Assembly: GCA_963663965.2 (NCBI GenBank)
Contig: CAXXFK010000020.1
Span: forward strand, 290,392-354,391
DNA length: 64,000 nt
Direction of reading: 5' to 3'
From: Sedimentisphaerales bacterium
GTDB lineage: Bacteria > Planctomycetota > Phycisphaerae > Sedimentisphaerales > SM23-30
The translations under genes and the position numbers were made by a program. This document shows, piece by piece, positions 40,508 to 51,732 of the stretch (positions are counted from its first letter, which is position 1; every line of letters begins with the position of its first letter). The notes beneath the pieces are model-generated. The model had not been told where the DNA came from, ran no database searches, and worked only from the letters and a program-made list of their open reading frames with translations.

Positions 40508-42817
40508 TTATTTGATTTCTTTCGACATGGAATAAGGCGCGTCTTCCGGCGCGACTCCCCATTTTTTATTTGGCTCATCGTCCATCTTGAATTCCAGGCT
40601 GCCGCCTTTAAGCAGGTCTTCATGACGCACATACATCTTGGTATATTTACGACGATTCATCTTAGCCGACTGGATATACAGATTTTCTTTGGAGTTATCC
40701 TTGGCAACGATCTTGAAGGTTTTGCCATTCTGTAAATGTAACGTCGCTTCTTCAAACAACGGGGCTCCCATCACATATTCGCCCGAACCCGGACAGACCG
40801 GATAGAAACCCAACGCCGAAAAGACATACCAGGCCGAGGTCTGCCCGTTGTCTTCATCGCCGCACAAACCGTCCGGTGTCGGGGTATACAATTTTTCCAT
40901 CACCTCACGCACCCATTTCTGGGCTTTCCATGGCTCACCGGCATAATTGTACAGATAAATCATATGCTGGATCGGCTGATTGCCATGGGCATACTGGCCC
41001 ATATCCATTACGGTCATTTCCACAATTTCATGGATCGGAAAACCATAATACGAACAGTCATATTTCGGTGGTGTGGAAAAAACCGCATCAAGCTTAGCCA
41101 CAAACGCCTTTGGCCCGCCCATCAGGTCGATCAGACCCTGCGGATCCTGAAAAACCGACCAGGTATAGTGCCAGGCGCACCCTTCGGTAAAGTCACCGCC
41201 CCATTTTTCCGGGACAAACGGACTGGACCATTCACCATCTTTCTTTTTGCCACGCATAAAGTTGGTGGATTGATCGAACATATTACGATAATACTGGGCC
41301 CGCTCCCGGAAACGATCAATCTCTTCCTGGGGACGGTTCAATGCCTGGGCCAGCTTCCAGATGGTAAAATCGTCATAGCTGTATTCCAGGCTGCGCGCGA
41401 CACTTTCATTGATCCCCACATCACAGGGCACATACCCCAGCTTGTTATAATGTTCAACTCCCAACCGGCCAACTGAACGAAGGGGACCGGCGTTTTCCGA
41501 ATTCTTCAGAATCCCCTCATATAAGGTTTCGATATCATACCCACGTATCCCCTTCAAATAGGAATCGGCAATAATCGAGGCCGAGTTCGAACCGATCATA
41601 CAATCCCGGTGACCCGGACTGGCCCATTCCGGCAGCCAGCCGCTCTCTTTAAACGTATTGGCCAGCCCTTCCATCATCAAGGCGTTCTGTTTCGGATACA
41701 TCAGGGTATTCAACGGAAACGCCGCCCGGAACGTGTCCCAGAATCCGTTGTCGGTATACATCGGCCCCGGCAACACTTCCCCGTTATAGGGGCTGTAGTG
41801 AACCACTTTGCCATCCTTATCAATCTCATGCAGCATACGCGGGAACAATAAGGTACGATAGAACGCCGTATAAAAATTCTGATACTGCGCCAGGGTACCG
41901 CCCTTGACCTCGATCCGCCCGAGTTCACGGTTCCAGATCGCCTTGGCCTGCTGGCAGGTGGTATCAAAATCATCCTTGCCCAGTTCACGCTTCAGGTTCA
42001 GGCGGGCCTGTTCCAGGCTGATAAATGAGGACGCCACCTTGACATGAACCTTCTCGCCCTTTTTCGTTTTAAATTTGACGACCGCGCCAACATGCTCACC
42101 CTGGTTTTCTTTACTGTCTTTCTCGACCTTCCAGTCATTCCAGGTGCACACTTCGTCAAATTCCTTGTCGAATACGGCAATGAAATAGTTATGAAAATTC
42201 TTCGGTACGCCGCCGCTGTTATTCCGGCAATACCCTTCGATTGTACGGGTGGCAGGGTCAATCTTTACCGATGAACCTTTATTGAACGCGTCCAGCAGCA
42301 CATACGAACTGTCTGACTCCGGAAAGGTAAACCGGAACTGGGCTGCACGCTCGGTCGGGGTGATCTCGGTAGTCACATCGTAATCGGCCAGATAGACCCG
42401 GTAGTAATATGGTCTGGATATCTCCGCTTTGTGCGAGAACCACGCGCCACGCTTTTCCTGATCGACAATCAACTCACCGACAATCGGCATGAATGAAAAC
42501 GCGGCGTAATCGTTGATCCACGGACTGGGCTGATGGGTCTGCTTGAAGCCGCGGATCTTGTGGGCTGTATACTGATAACCCCAGCCATCACCCATCTTAT
42601 TGGTTTGCGGAGTCCAGAAGTTCATACCCCAGGGCAGCGCAATCGCTGGATAGGTGTTTCCGGTTGAGAAATTAAAAGTCGAATCCGTTCCCACCAGCGG
42701 ATTGACATAGTCGGCATAAGGATCAGTCGTGTTTTGCGCGGCATCGATGCTACCTGACACGATAGCAAAACCGAGCGCTGCCAACACCATAATCGTTTTG
42801 ATTGGTTGTTTCATCAT
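40508..42817 (-). CDS. GH92 alpha-mannosidase
   Basis: YVNPLVGT, GNTYP..ALPWGMNFWTPQT, THQPSPWINDY, GFWDTFR, QYAHGNQP and GDEDNGQTSAWY. Confidence 0.95.
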   Translation of the reverse strand: MMKQPIKTIMVLAALGFAIVSGSIDAAQNTTDPYADYVNPLVGTDSTFNFSTGNTYPAIALPWGMNFWTPQTNKMGDGWGYQYTAHKIRGFKQTHQPSPWINDYAAFSFMPIVGELIVDQEKRGAWFSHKAEISRPYYYRVYLADYDVTTEITPTERAAQFRFTFPESDSSYVLLDAFNKGSSVKIDPATRTIEGYCRNNSGGVPKNFHNYFIAVFDKEFDEVCTWNDWKVEKDSKENQGEHVGAVVKFKTKKGEKVHVKVASSFISLEQARLNLKRELGKDDFDTTCQQAKAIWNRELGRIEVKGGTLAQYQNFYTAFYRTLLFPRMLHEIDKDGKVVHYSPYNGEVLPGPMYTDNGFWDTFRAAFPLNTLMYPKQNALMMEGLANTFKESGWLPEWASPGHRDCMIGSNSASIIADSYLKGIRGYDIETLYEGILKNSENAGPLRSVGRLGVEHYNKLGYVPCDVGINESVARSLEYSYDDFTIWKLAQALNRPQEEIDRFRERAQYYRNMFDQSTNFMRGKKKDGEWSSPFVPEKWGGDFTEGCAWHYTWSVFQDPQGLIDLMGGPKAFVAKLDAVFSTPPKYDCSYYGFPIHEIVEMTVMDMGQYAHGNQPIQHMIYLYNYAGEPWKAQKWVREVMEKLYTPTPDGLCGDEDNGQTSAWYVFSALGFYPVCPGSGEYVMGAPLFEEATLHLQNGKTFKIVAKDNSKENLYIQSAKMNRRKYTKMYVRHEDLLKGGSLEFKMDDEPNKKWGVAPEDAPYSMSKEIK

Positions 42818-42845
42818 AATGGCTCCTGTCAGTTTCTAAACATTA

Positions 42846-44030
42846 TCAATTGTCACAGACCGCCACTCCGACATAGGAATCGGCAGTCCCATAATACAAA
42901 TACCATTTTTTCTTAAAATAAGCCAGACCTTCTACAAAAACCGTTCCGTCTTTATATTGGCCGCTCTTTTCAAAGTCCAGTTCCGGCCGGAAAAAATAAC
43001 TCTCGCACCGGTCCATCACCCGCGTTGGCTCATTGCCATCCAACAGTAATTGCCCGGCCGCATAAGCTCCTTTGGCAATTGTGGTATCGGTTCCGCTGTT
43101 TTTCCCATTGTAGATCAGAACAATACCCCGGTCTGTAAGTACTGCCGGTGGCCCGGCTTCTGTCAACAAACTGTCAAATTTATCCGCTCGAGGCCGTATT
43201 AATACCTGCAACTCCCCAGCAGCATCTTCTACCGGGTTCCAATGAATCAAATCATCAGACTTCGCCGCACAGATCTTGTCTTCACCCCAATACATCCAGT
43301 AAGAACCGTTGATTTTCACTGCCTTCAATCGCCCCTGCCGCACCTGGGTCACAACCGAAGCCGCCTTGTGCCAGGTATCCAGATATTTGCCCTGCCCGGC
43401 CTTCGCAAAAATCGGTCCGTGCTTTTCCCAATGGACCAGATCTTTGGAACTGGCCACGCCAATCCGCGCGGAGCGCGGGGTACCCACCGGATTATCCCGG
43501 TTCCACATCGTATAATAAATATAAAACCGGCCGGCCGGTCCTTCCACCACCCGTGGATCCTCACAGCCTCCCATCCATTCGTAAGGCTTCGAGGCGTCGT
43601 CATCAGGATAGAGTACCGGTTCTTCATTTCGTTCAAATGACAAACCATCCGATGACTGCGCCAGTCCGATTCGCGAGGTATGACCTCCGATCCCCTGGCC
43701 GCTGCCATCTTCCGCCCGATACAACACACAGAGCCGACCGCGAAAAACCACTGCCGCCGGATTAAAGGTATCACTGGCCTCCCAGTTCACCTGACGCCCC
43801 GTCATCGGACAATGAAAAATAGTATCTATCCTTGGACTGATCACCGGTTTGTCTAACGGCCGCCCAAACGGCCCTAACTGCCAGCTGGTGTTAACGCGAG
43901 TCTGTGACTGACTCGCACAAACCGAGTCTGACCGCATATCACAGGTTTGACAGCAACCCACTGCCAGATACAGCCAACAGGTTAGACAAATTGTCGAAAA
44001 AATATAAGATAAAGATGGTTTTTTTGTCAT
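42846..44030 (-). CDS. GH130-family mannoside hydrolase/phosphorylase
   Basis: TFNPAA, LYRAED, SRIGLA.S.DG, GCEDPRV, EAGPPA, VFVEGL and YYGTADS. Confidence 0.9.
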   Translation of the reverse strand: MTKKPSLSYIFSTICLTCWLYLAVGCCQTCDMRSDSVCASQSQTRVNTSWQLGPFGRPLDKPVISPRIDTIFHCPMTGRQVNWEASDTFNPAAVVFRGRLCVLYRAEDGSGQGIGGHTSRIGLAQSSDGLSFERNEEPVLYPDDDASKPYEWMGGCEDPRVVEGPAGRFYIYYTMWNRDNPVGTPRSARIGVASSKDLVHWEKHGPIFAKAGQGKYLDTWHKAASVVTQVRQGRLKAVKINGSYWMYWGEDKICAAKSDDLIHWNPVEDAAGELQVLIRPRADKFDSLLTEAGPPAVLTDRGIVLIYNGKNSGTDTTIAKGAYAAGQLLLDGNEPTRVMDRCESYFFRPELDFEKSGQYKDGTVFVEGLAYFKKKWYLYYGTADSYVGVAVCDN

Positions 44031-44048
44031 CAGGTCCTATCCAGTTAC

Positions 44049-46594
44049 TCAGTTCAGTTTCAGCTTTTCCTTAAGAAAAGCAACCATGTCGTTTTTATCC
44101 GGGATCGCGCGCAATCCTTCCCGGAACTCTTCATGCATGATCAGCCGGGCCAGCTGCGAAAAGATTCTCATATGGGTATCGGCCGCCTCCCCGCCATCCC
44201 GGATGGTCATGGCAATCACCACATCCACCGGTTTATCATCAATCGATTGCCATTCAATTGGCGCCTGCAAACGAAAAACACCAATCGAATTAGCCTTGAT
44301 ATGAGCCGTTTTACAATGGGGAACGGCAAAACCATGCCCCAGTCCGGTGGAATAAACCGCCTCACGCCGCCAGAAATCCCGTTCCAGTTCCACCCGATTG
44401 CCAGTTCGCTGGTCCAACTCCAACGTATCGGTCACATATTTAATGGCTTCTTCCTTGTTGATGCAATCAACCTGAAGATCAACCAGTTCAACATCCACAA
44501 TATTTCGTGATCCACTCTCCACTTCGAAATGTCCCAAGCAGGGTTTTAACACCATCCGCATCGTCTGCCTGCTTGGCTCTGGCCAACAACTGCCGGCAGG
44601 ATTCTCGCGTATATTGCGAACACGCCGCCTTGGTGTTCAGCACCATTGGAACAGCAACACTCACCTCATCCAGCCCCATGCCAATCAGCAGTGGCAGGCA
44701 CTCCGGTTGGCCGGCCATTTCGCCGCAAAGTCCTACCCATAAACCATTTCGATGCGCTTCATCCACGATTTTCTGAATCATCGCCAGCAAACCCGGATGA
44801 TAAGCCTGATACAAGTCGCTCACCCGGTCGTTGCCCCGGTCAAACCGCCAGAAAATACTGGGTCAGGTCATTGGTGCCGATACTCAAAAAAGTCAATCAA
44901 TCCGGCCAGTTGGGGTATGATAAAGCCTATCGAAGGCACTTCCGCCATAATCCCCAGCGCGATCTGTTGATCGTAACGAATCGATTGAGCGTCCAGTTCC
45001 AACTTGACCGTTTCCAATACGGTCCTGACATAAACGACTTCTTCCCGGCAGGATACCATGGGAATCATTATCTTGATTTGCCCGTATGCCGACGCGCGTA
45101 AAATCGCCCGCAGCTGATTCTTGAACAAAACTTCATTCTGCCGATAAACCCGGACGCCGCGATTTCCCAAAAATGGATTTCCTTCACCATCCCACGGGAT
45201 ATAATCGATCGCCTTGTCTCCGCCAATATCGAAGGTGCGTATCATAACGGGATAGCCGCCCGCCGCTTCCACTGCCTGGCGATAGACCTTAAACTGCTCC
45301 TCTTCACCGGGCGCCCGATCCCGGTCCATAAACAGCATTTCCGTTCGAAATAATCCAATCCCTTCCGCACCGCGTTCCATGGCCACAGACACCTCATCTG
45401 CTGTTGCCACATTGGCCATCACCTCCAGCCGAATGCCGTCATGAGTTTCAGCCGGACAGTTCTTAAATGCCATTAAGCGCTGTTGTTGAATAAGGGACTT
45501 CTTCTGTTCGCCATCGTAAAAGCGCTCGACACGATGATTGATTTCAGGGATAAGTATGCCAATATTAGCGTCAACCACTACTTCCTGCCCCTCCGCGACA
45601 AGGCCGTCCAGACCCCGGATTCCGGTCAATATCGGGATATTAAATGAACGCGCCAGAATCACGGTATGCGAGGTTGATCCCACCTGTTGCAGAATCAGCC
45701 CCCGCAACTGGCTCTTATCCAGCGCGATAAACTGAGACGGAGTCAGACTGTCAGCCACACAAACGGATGGTCTGGTTAGTTGAATTGGCTTCTGAGTCAG
45801 GTCACCATAGATTTTTTGCAGTAATTGAGAACAGACATCATACAAATCGATGGCCCGTTCACGGATTAACTCACTCTGCGCATTCTTAAGCTGATCTGAA
45901 AAATAAAGATACGCCCGGTGAATTCCTGCTCCCGCGCTGCATGCCCCTCCGGTTATTTTCCATTTTTACCTTATCAATTAAACTCACATCTTTAATAATG
46001 GAAAGATGAGTCTCAAGGATCTGGCTTTCCAGCGAAGAACTTCGACCCGATTTTAATTTCAGGGTTAATTCTCTCTGCAATTCAGCCAGAGCAACTTCCA
46101 TTCGATGCAATTCTGCAGTAATGTCAACGTCTTCTGAATCGTCCGTGACTTTGGGCAATGCCAGCATATTGACGCGTACAACATATCCCCGTCCCAGACC
46201 GGCTACCACCGGCCTGCCCAAAAGCAGAGGGATACCCGCTACCTGTAAAACCGGGGGAACCACCACCTCATCTGGCGATTCGCAGGTCTCGGGCAACGTC
46301 TCATCACAATGGGGAAATTCATCTGTAAGAAACCGCACCAACTCGTGATAAGCCGTCTGACAATCCTCGCCGTTGACCGTCATGACACACACATCGCCCT
46401 GCTTGATATCCGCTCCGACCAGCGCCAGAACACTGTGGGCATTGGCAATTTTCTGATTGGTCAGGTTTTCAATCAAAATCTCACTGGTAAAATCCGCTGG
46501 CTACCTGCTCCAGCCGGCACGCCGGCCGGGCATGCAGACCGTTCGGTAACGGACACACAAAGCGATAGTGATAGGTTTCATGAATTACAGACAT
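44049..46594 (-). CDS. Multiphosphoryl transfer protein HPr-EI-EIIA (PtsA/FryA-like), broken by several +1 frameshifts
   Basis: HPr PNGLHARPA (manual translation from ATG 46594); EI TSHTVILAR, GIGLFRTE, RTFDIGGDK, NPFLG.RG.R, SIGTNDL and LCGEMAG; EIIA RRE..STGLGHGFAVPH. Confidence 0.88.
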
Positions 46595-46608
46595 GCATCA
46601 CAACCCTA

Positions 46609-46910
46609 TCAATTGGGAGTTTTGGCAAAAATACTCTCTGGATCTTTCAAGGCCAGTTGGACCGGAACCTCAATTTTCGGAATCCCTTCAAAGCGCTCCG
46701 GCTGCTCGATTACAATATCCGCGGGCCAGTATCAGCACATCGGCGTTCTTGATATCGGCCGGACTCAATTCATTTTCTATGCCCATCGCGCCCTGGGTTT
46801 CCACCTTGATCTGATGCCCCAGCTTTTTCGCGGTCTTTTCCAGATTCTCCGCCGCCATATACGTATGAGCGATTCCGGTTGGACACGCGGTTACTGCAAA
46901 TAAACTTCAT
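46609..46910 (-). CDS. PTS fructose-family EIIB component (2 frameshifts; not in the ORF track)
   Basis: After removing two extra bases it reads [23 protein letters not shown]...[18 protein letters not shown] overlap with the EIIC stop. Confidence 0.88.
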
Positions 46911-47978
46911 TGTACTACCTCTTTTTTTAGACTGATGCTTTTAATCATATTAATCGCCAGGGCCGTCACAACCGTTCCTGCTGCAATGGCTACTATATAC
47001 ATCAGGCGATTATCAATCACAAACAAAACGATCGGGCCGCCATGAGGTGCGTGATCGCCAACATGACCCAGCATGGCGACTACCGATGCCACCATGGATC
47101 CCAGCATAATACACGGTATCACCTTAATCGGTTCAGCCGCCGCAAACGGAATGGCGCCCTTCGGTAATACCAATCATTCCCATACCCAGCGCCGCGATAC
47201 CGCTTTCCCGCTGCTCTTCGGTCCATAACTTCTTCTGCAGGATCGTCGCCAAGCCCATCCCCAACGGCGGGGTACAGATTGCCGCCGCGGCGGCTCCCAT
47301 TATCGCCATAGTTCCCCTGCTCAATCATCGAAGCGCCAAAAAAGAAGGCCGCCTTATTGACAGGGCCGCCCATATCAAAGGCAATCATTGCACCAAGCAC
47401 CAACGCCAGAATAATCGCACTCGATTGCTGCATGTTCACCAGCCAGTGCCCCAGTTTAACCATAATATCGGCAATCGGCATATTGACCAGCGTCATGACG
47501 CCGCCAATCGCAATCGAGGAAAAGACCGGGATAATCAAAATCGGCATGATCGGCCGGATAAACTTATGAGTAGGAATTTTCTTGATCCAGTTCACCACAT
47601 TGCCCCGCGATCAAATCCGGCCAGAATCGCCCCTAGAAATCCGGCGTTCGCCGATTGATCACCCACTTCTTGCGGCATCGCCGCAAACGCACCCCCAATA
47701 AATCCGGCAACCAATCCCGGTTTACCCGCAATCGCATAGGAAATATAACCCGCCAGAATCGGCAGCAACAAATTAAAAGCCTGCACGCCAATCGTGAATA
47801 AAAAATTCAGAACCGGTACCTGCGAGGGATCCGGCGCGTTCTTGTCATTGACATACCCACCCATTTGCGCGATTCCCAATGAAATGGCGATCAGAATACC
47901 GCCACAGGCAATAAATGGGATCGCAAAGGAAACGCCGCTTAATAGATATTGTTTCTGCTTTTCAATAAACTGCTTCAT
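46907..47978 (-). CDS. PTS fructose-family EIIC component (4 frameshifts)
   Basis: LLSGVSFAIPF, AGKPGLVAG, AFDMGGPVNK, CTPPLG, GITEGAIPF and APHGG are spread over four track ORFs. Confidence 0.9.
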
Positions 47979-48347
47979 GACGCACCTGAATTCCAGCTGA
48001 CAGGAACTTACCAAAGATTAAGATTGCGCAAGCAAGATGGCAAAAAGCCATACAGAGTGGTGGATACACCTGTGATCCTGCTTTGTGCCGGCTCTGCCGG
48101 GATAGGATTAATCTACCCTGAGCATTTAAGAACTTCGAAAATTATAACCACCAAAGCGAAACTGACACAATAGGAATAATGAATCATATATAGTACAATT
48201 GTAACATGTTCCGATAACAATTAATTCAATACCCGAGATTATAAGCACCCTTGTTCCCCTTAATTTAAGTTAATAAATCTTGACGCTCTCGCAATATCGA
48301 TTTAAACTGTCCCGCAAAGATATGAAATTTGTAACATATTTCGGTTT

Positions 48348-49224
48348 ATGGACACACAAATCCGCATTTTAGCGATTCTCAAAAACGCCATCCTTAACAA
48401 GGGCGTTACCCAGGTCTTTTTTGCCGGCAACCAGACCCCGCCCCCGCTCCTGGCTTTTGCGGTCCATTTCCCCAGACTCACGTTTCTGATTGACGGCCAT
48501 TATGAAACCCAGCTGGAACTGAACGATAAGGTCTCCAACCTCAGTATCATTCCCAACCAGGCCATCTTTATCCCGCCCAACTGCTGGGATAAACCCGATA
48601 TGAACATTAAATCCAGAACACTCCACTTTCTCTTTGGCAAGCGCCATACCGGTAATCAGCCTGGTGACCGCCGATCGGGAAGTCACCGCCGAAAAAATCG
48701 CCCTGCAGCACAGCATGGCCGGCTCCGAACAACGTCTCATCGATACCATCCTCGACCTGAACCGTAGAAACGACAGCTTCCCGGCCTTCAGTCAGTTGAT
48801 CACCGCGTTAATGGCCTGCTATATTCAACGGCTGGAAGAATATGACAAACCCGCCCCTGTCCCATTCCAAACCTGTTGTTTCAGGAAATCTGTACCTACA
48901 TCCAGGAAAATTTTCAACACGATATCACGCGCGCCTCCGTCGCCGAACATTTCGATATCTCTCCCAACCATTTATCCCGCGTCTTCCGTACTGATGGCTA
49001 TATGAAATTCTGCGACTATGTGAATTATGTCCGCACCAATCGAGCCAGGTTCCTGCTGCAGAATTTCGATCTGCCGCTTTATCAGATCGCCCGGCGCTGC
49101 GGTTATAACGACGTGGTTTATTTCTGCCGTATCTTCAAAAAAATCACCAAAAAAAACCGCCAGAGAATATCGCAACCAGCTTCTCTACGAACGGAATAAG
49201 ATAAACTTAAGGGGCCGTTCATAA
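48348..49224 (+). CDS. AraC-family regulator (YijO-like), frameshifted
   Basis: N-terminal VHFPRL..CWDKP; HTH ITRASVAEHF.ISPNHLSR.F and IARRCGY.DVVYFCRIFKK; divergent from the PTS operon. Confidence 0.85.
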
Positions 49225-49248
49225 ACCCATCCTATTGATAAGGAGCCT

Positions 49249-51547
49249 ATGATGATTCAGCACAAAATAAACTCGCGTAACAAACGCATTACTTCTGGCC
49301 ATCACCCTATTGCTGTCAGGATCGTCAACTGGCTATTGCGAAACGACCAAACCGCTGGTCGATTATATCGACCCCATGATCGGCGCCATCACCCTGGGCG
49401 GCTACGGCGGCCATGGCCTGGGCAAAACCTTTCCCGGCGCCGCCACCCCCTTCGGCATGGTCCAGCTCAGTCCCGATACCATCACCGGCGGCGACAATGG
49501 ACCGGGCTATTCCTCGCACCACGAAACCATCGAAGGCTTCAGTTTCACCCACATGTCCGGCATCGGCTGGTACGGCGACCTGGGCAACCTCCAGGTCATG
49601 CCCACCCGCGGTCCCTTGCGGTTCCGTAGCGGCAGCAACGAACACGACCTCTATCAGGGCGACACCGACGGCTGGAAATCGCCCTACCGGCACGAAGCCG
49701 AAAAAGCCGCCGCCGGTTATTACGCCGTCACCCTGGATCGTTACCAGATCGACACCGAACTGACCGCCACAGCCCGCGCCGGTATCCTGCGTATGACGTT
49801 CCCGCAGGCGGATGATACCTGTATCCAGATCGATCTGGCCCGGCGCGTTGGCGGCCGCTCCCGCAGTCAGACCATCGAAGTGATCGACGACCACACCATC
49901 CAGGGCTCCATGCGCTACGAAGGCGACGGCCAGGGCTTCTCCTCGCGCACCCGCTATACTTTCTACTTCTACGCCCAGTTCAGCAAACCCTGGCAATCCC
50001 ACGGCCTCTGGAACCTGGACAAAGACCTCGGCCCGCAACCAAAAGCCGAAAATAACGACCTGGGTTTTTATGCCCGCTACGCCACCGATCCGGGCGAACA
50101 GATTCTCATGAAAGCCGGTATTTCCTTCGTCAGCCTGGCCAACGCCAAAGCCAATCTGGAAACGGAACTGCCCCACTGGAATTTTGACCAGGTCCGCAAT
50201 CAGGCCCGTGCGCTCTGGGCCGACGCCTTACAGGGCGTTGCCATCGAAGGCGGCTCCGACGAACAGAAAACCATTTTCGCCACCGCCCTCTACCACTGCT
50301 CCATCGATCCGCGTATCTTCGTCGATACCAACGGCGAATTCTTCGGCTCCGACTACCGTACCCACCAATCCGACAAATTCAATTACCGCACCATTTTCAG
50401 CGGCTGGGATGTCTTCCGCAGCCAGTTCCCTCTGCAAACCCTCATCAATCCCGCCATGGTCAACGACGAAATCAACTCCCTGCTCCATATCGCTCAGCAC
50501 GACAGCAAAAACCAGGCCCTGCCCCGCTGGGAACTCCTCAGCACCGCCACCGGCTGCATGCTCGGCAATCCCGGCATCTCGGTCATTGCCGACGCCTGGA
50601 CCAAAGGCATCCGGCAATACGACCCCGAACTGGCCTGGCGCTATTGTGTCGCCACCGCCGAAAAATTCAAAAATAACGACCAGGGCTACACCCCCGGCAG
50701 CGTCTCGCATACCCTGGAATACGCCTATACCGACTGGTGCGTCGGCCAACTGGGCCGGGAGCTGGGCAAAACCGCAGAAGCCGAAAAATATTTGCAGCGC
50801 TCGCTCAGCTATCGCAGCCTCTGGGACCCGGCCATTCAATGGTTCCACAACAAAAACGGGGATGGCTCCTGGACCGACTGGAAAGGTAAAACCGTCCACG
50901 GCCAGGGCTGCACCGAAAGCAATCCCTACCAGCAGGGCTGGTTCGTCCCGCACGATGTCTACGGCCACATGGTCCTGATGGGCCGCGAAAGTTACCTGCG
51001 CGAACTCACCGTCTTCTTCGATAAAGTACCGGCGGATTTTCTCTGGAACGACTATTACAACCACGCCAACGAACCCTGCCACCATGTCGCCTTCCTGTTC
51101 AATTACACCGGTACCCCCTGGCTCACCCAGAAATGGACCCGCGCCATCTGCGACAAGGCCTACCATACCGGCGTCCGGGGCCTCTGCGGCAATGAAGATG
51201 TCGGCCAGATGTCCGCCTGGTATATCCTGGCCGCCATGGGTATGCACCCGGTCTGCCCCGGCGACGGCATCTACCAGCTCACCAGCCCGGTCTTCGACAA
51301 AGTCAGTATCCGGCTCGACCCGCGCTTCTATCCCGGCGGTACCTTTACCGTCATCGCCCACAACAACTCACCGGACAATGTCTATATCCAATCCGCGACG
51401 CTTAACAAAAAACCGCTCGACCGCGCCTGGCTCCGCCACTCCGAAATCGTCGCCGGCGGCGCCCTCGAATTCATCCTGGGCCCCCAGCCCAACAAAGCCT
51501 GGGCCACCCCCCCCCAGTCCGCCCCACCAGATAACTGGCCCCGTTAA
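49249..51547 (+). CDS. GH92 alpha-mannosidase (probable frameshift within the signal peptide)
   Basis: GKTFPGA.TPFGMVQLSPDT, GFSFTHMSG.G, FSGWDVFRS, YNHANEP and GNEDVGQMSAWY. The RBS and ATG at 49249 are out of frame with the hydrophobic segment ALLLAITLLLSG. Confidence 0.92.
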
Positions 51548-51732
51548 TAACCCCCATATTACCCCCCGTACTACCCGTACGGAGCCCACGCTTCAGCGTG
51601 CTTAAATTATTTTAAATAAGCAAGACAAAAAAAGGGCATTGTGCCCGAAACAGCAATAGCCAGCGCAGGCAACATGGTGATATCGTATGACCAACTGCGG
51701 TAATGGCCGTACGGACATATTTCACCAGAATC

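Noticed and set aside
44049..49224. Programmed frameshifting or phase variation in the PTS operon
   Set aside because: Too many sites, mostly in short 2-4 nt runs and all +1 where resolved. Sequencing error is more parsimonious.
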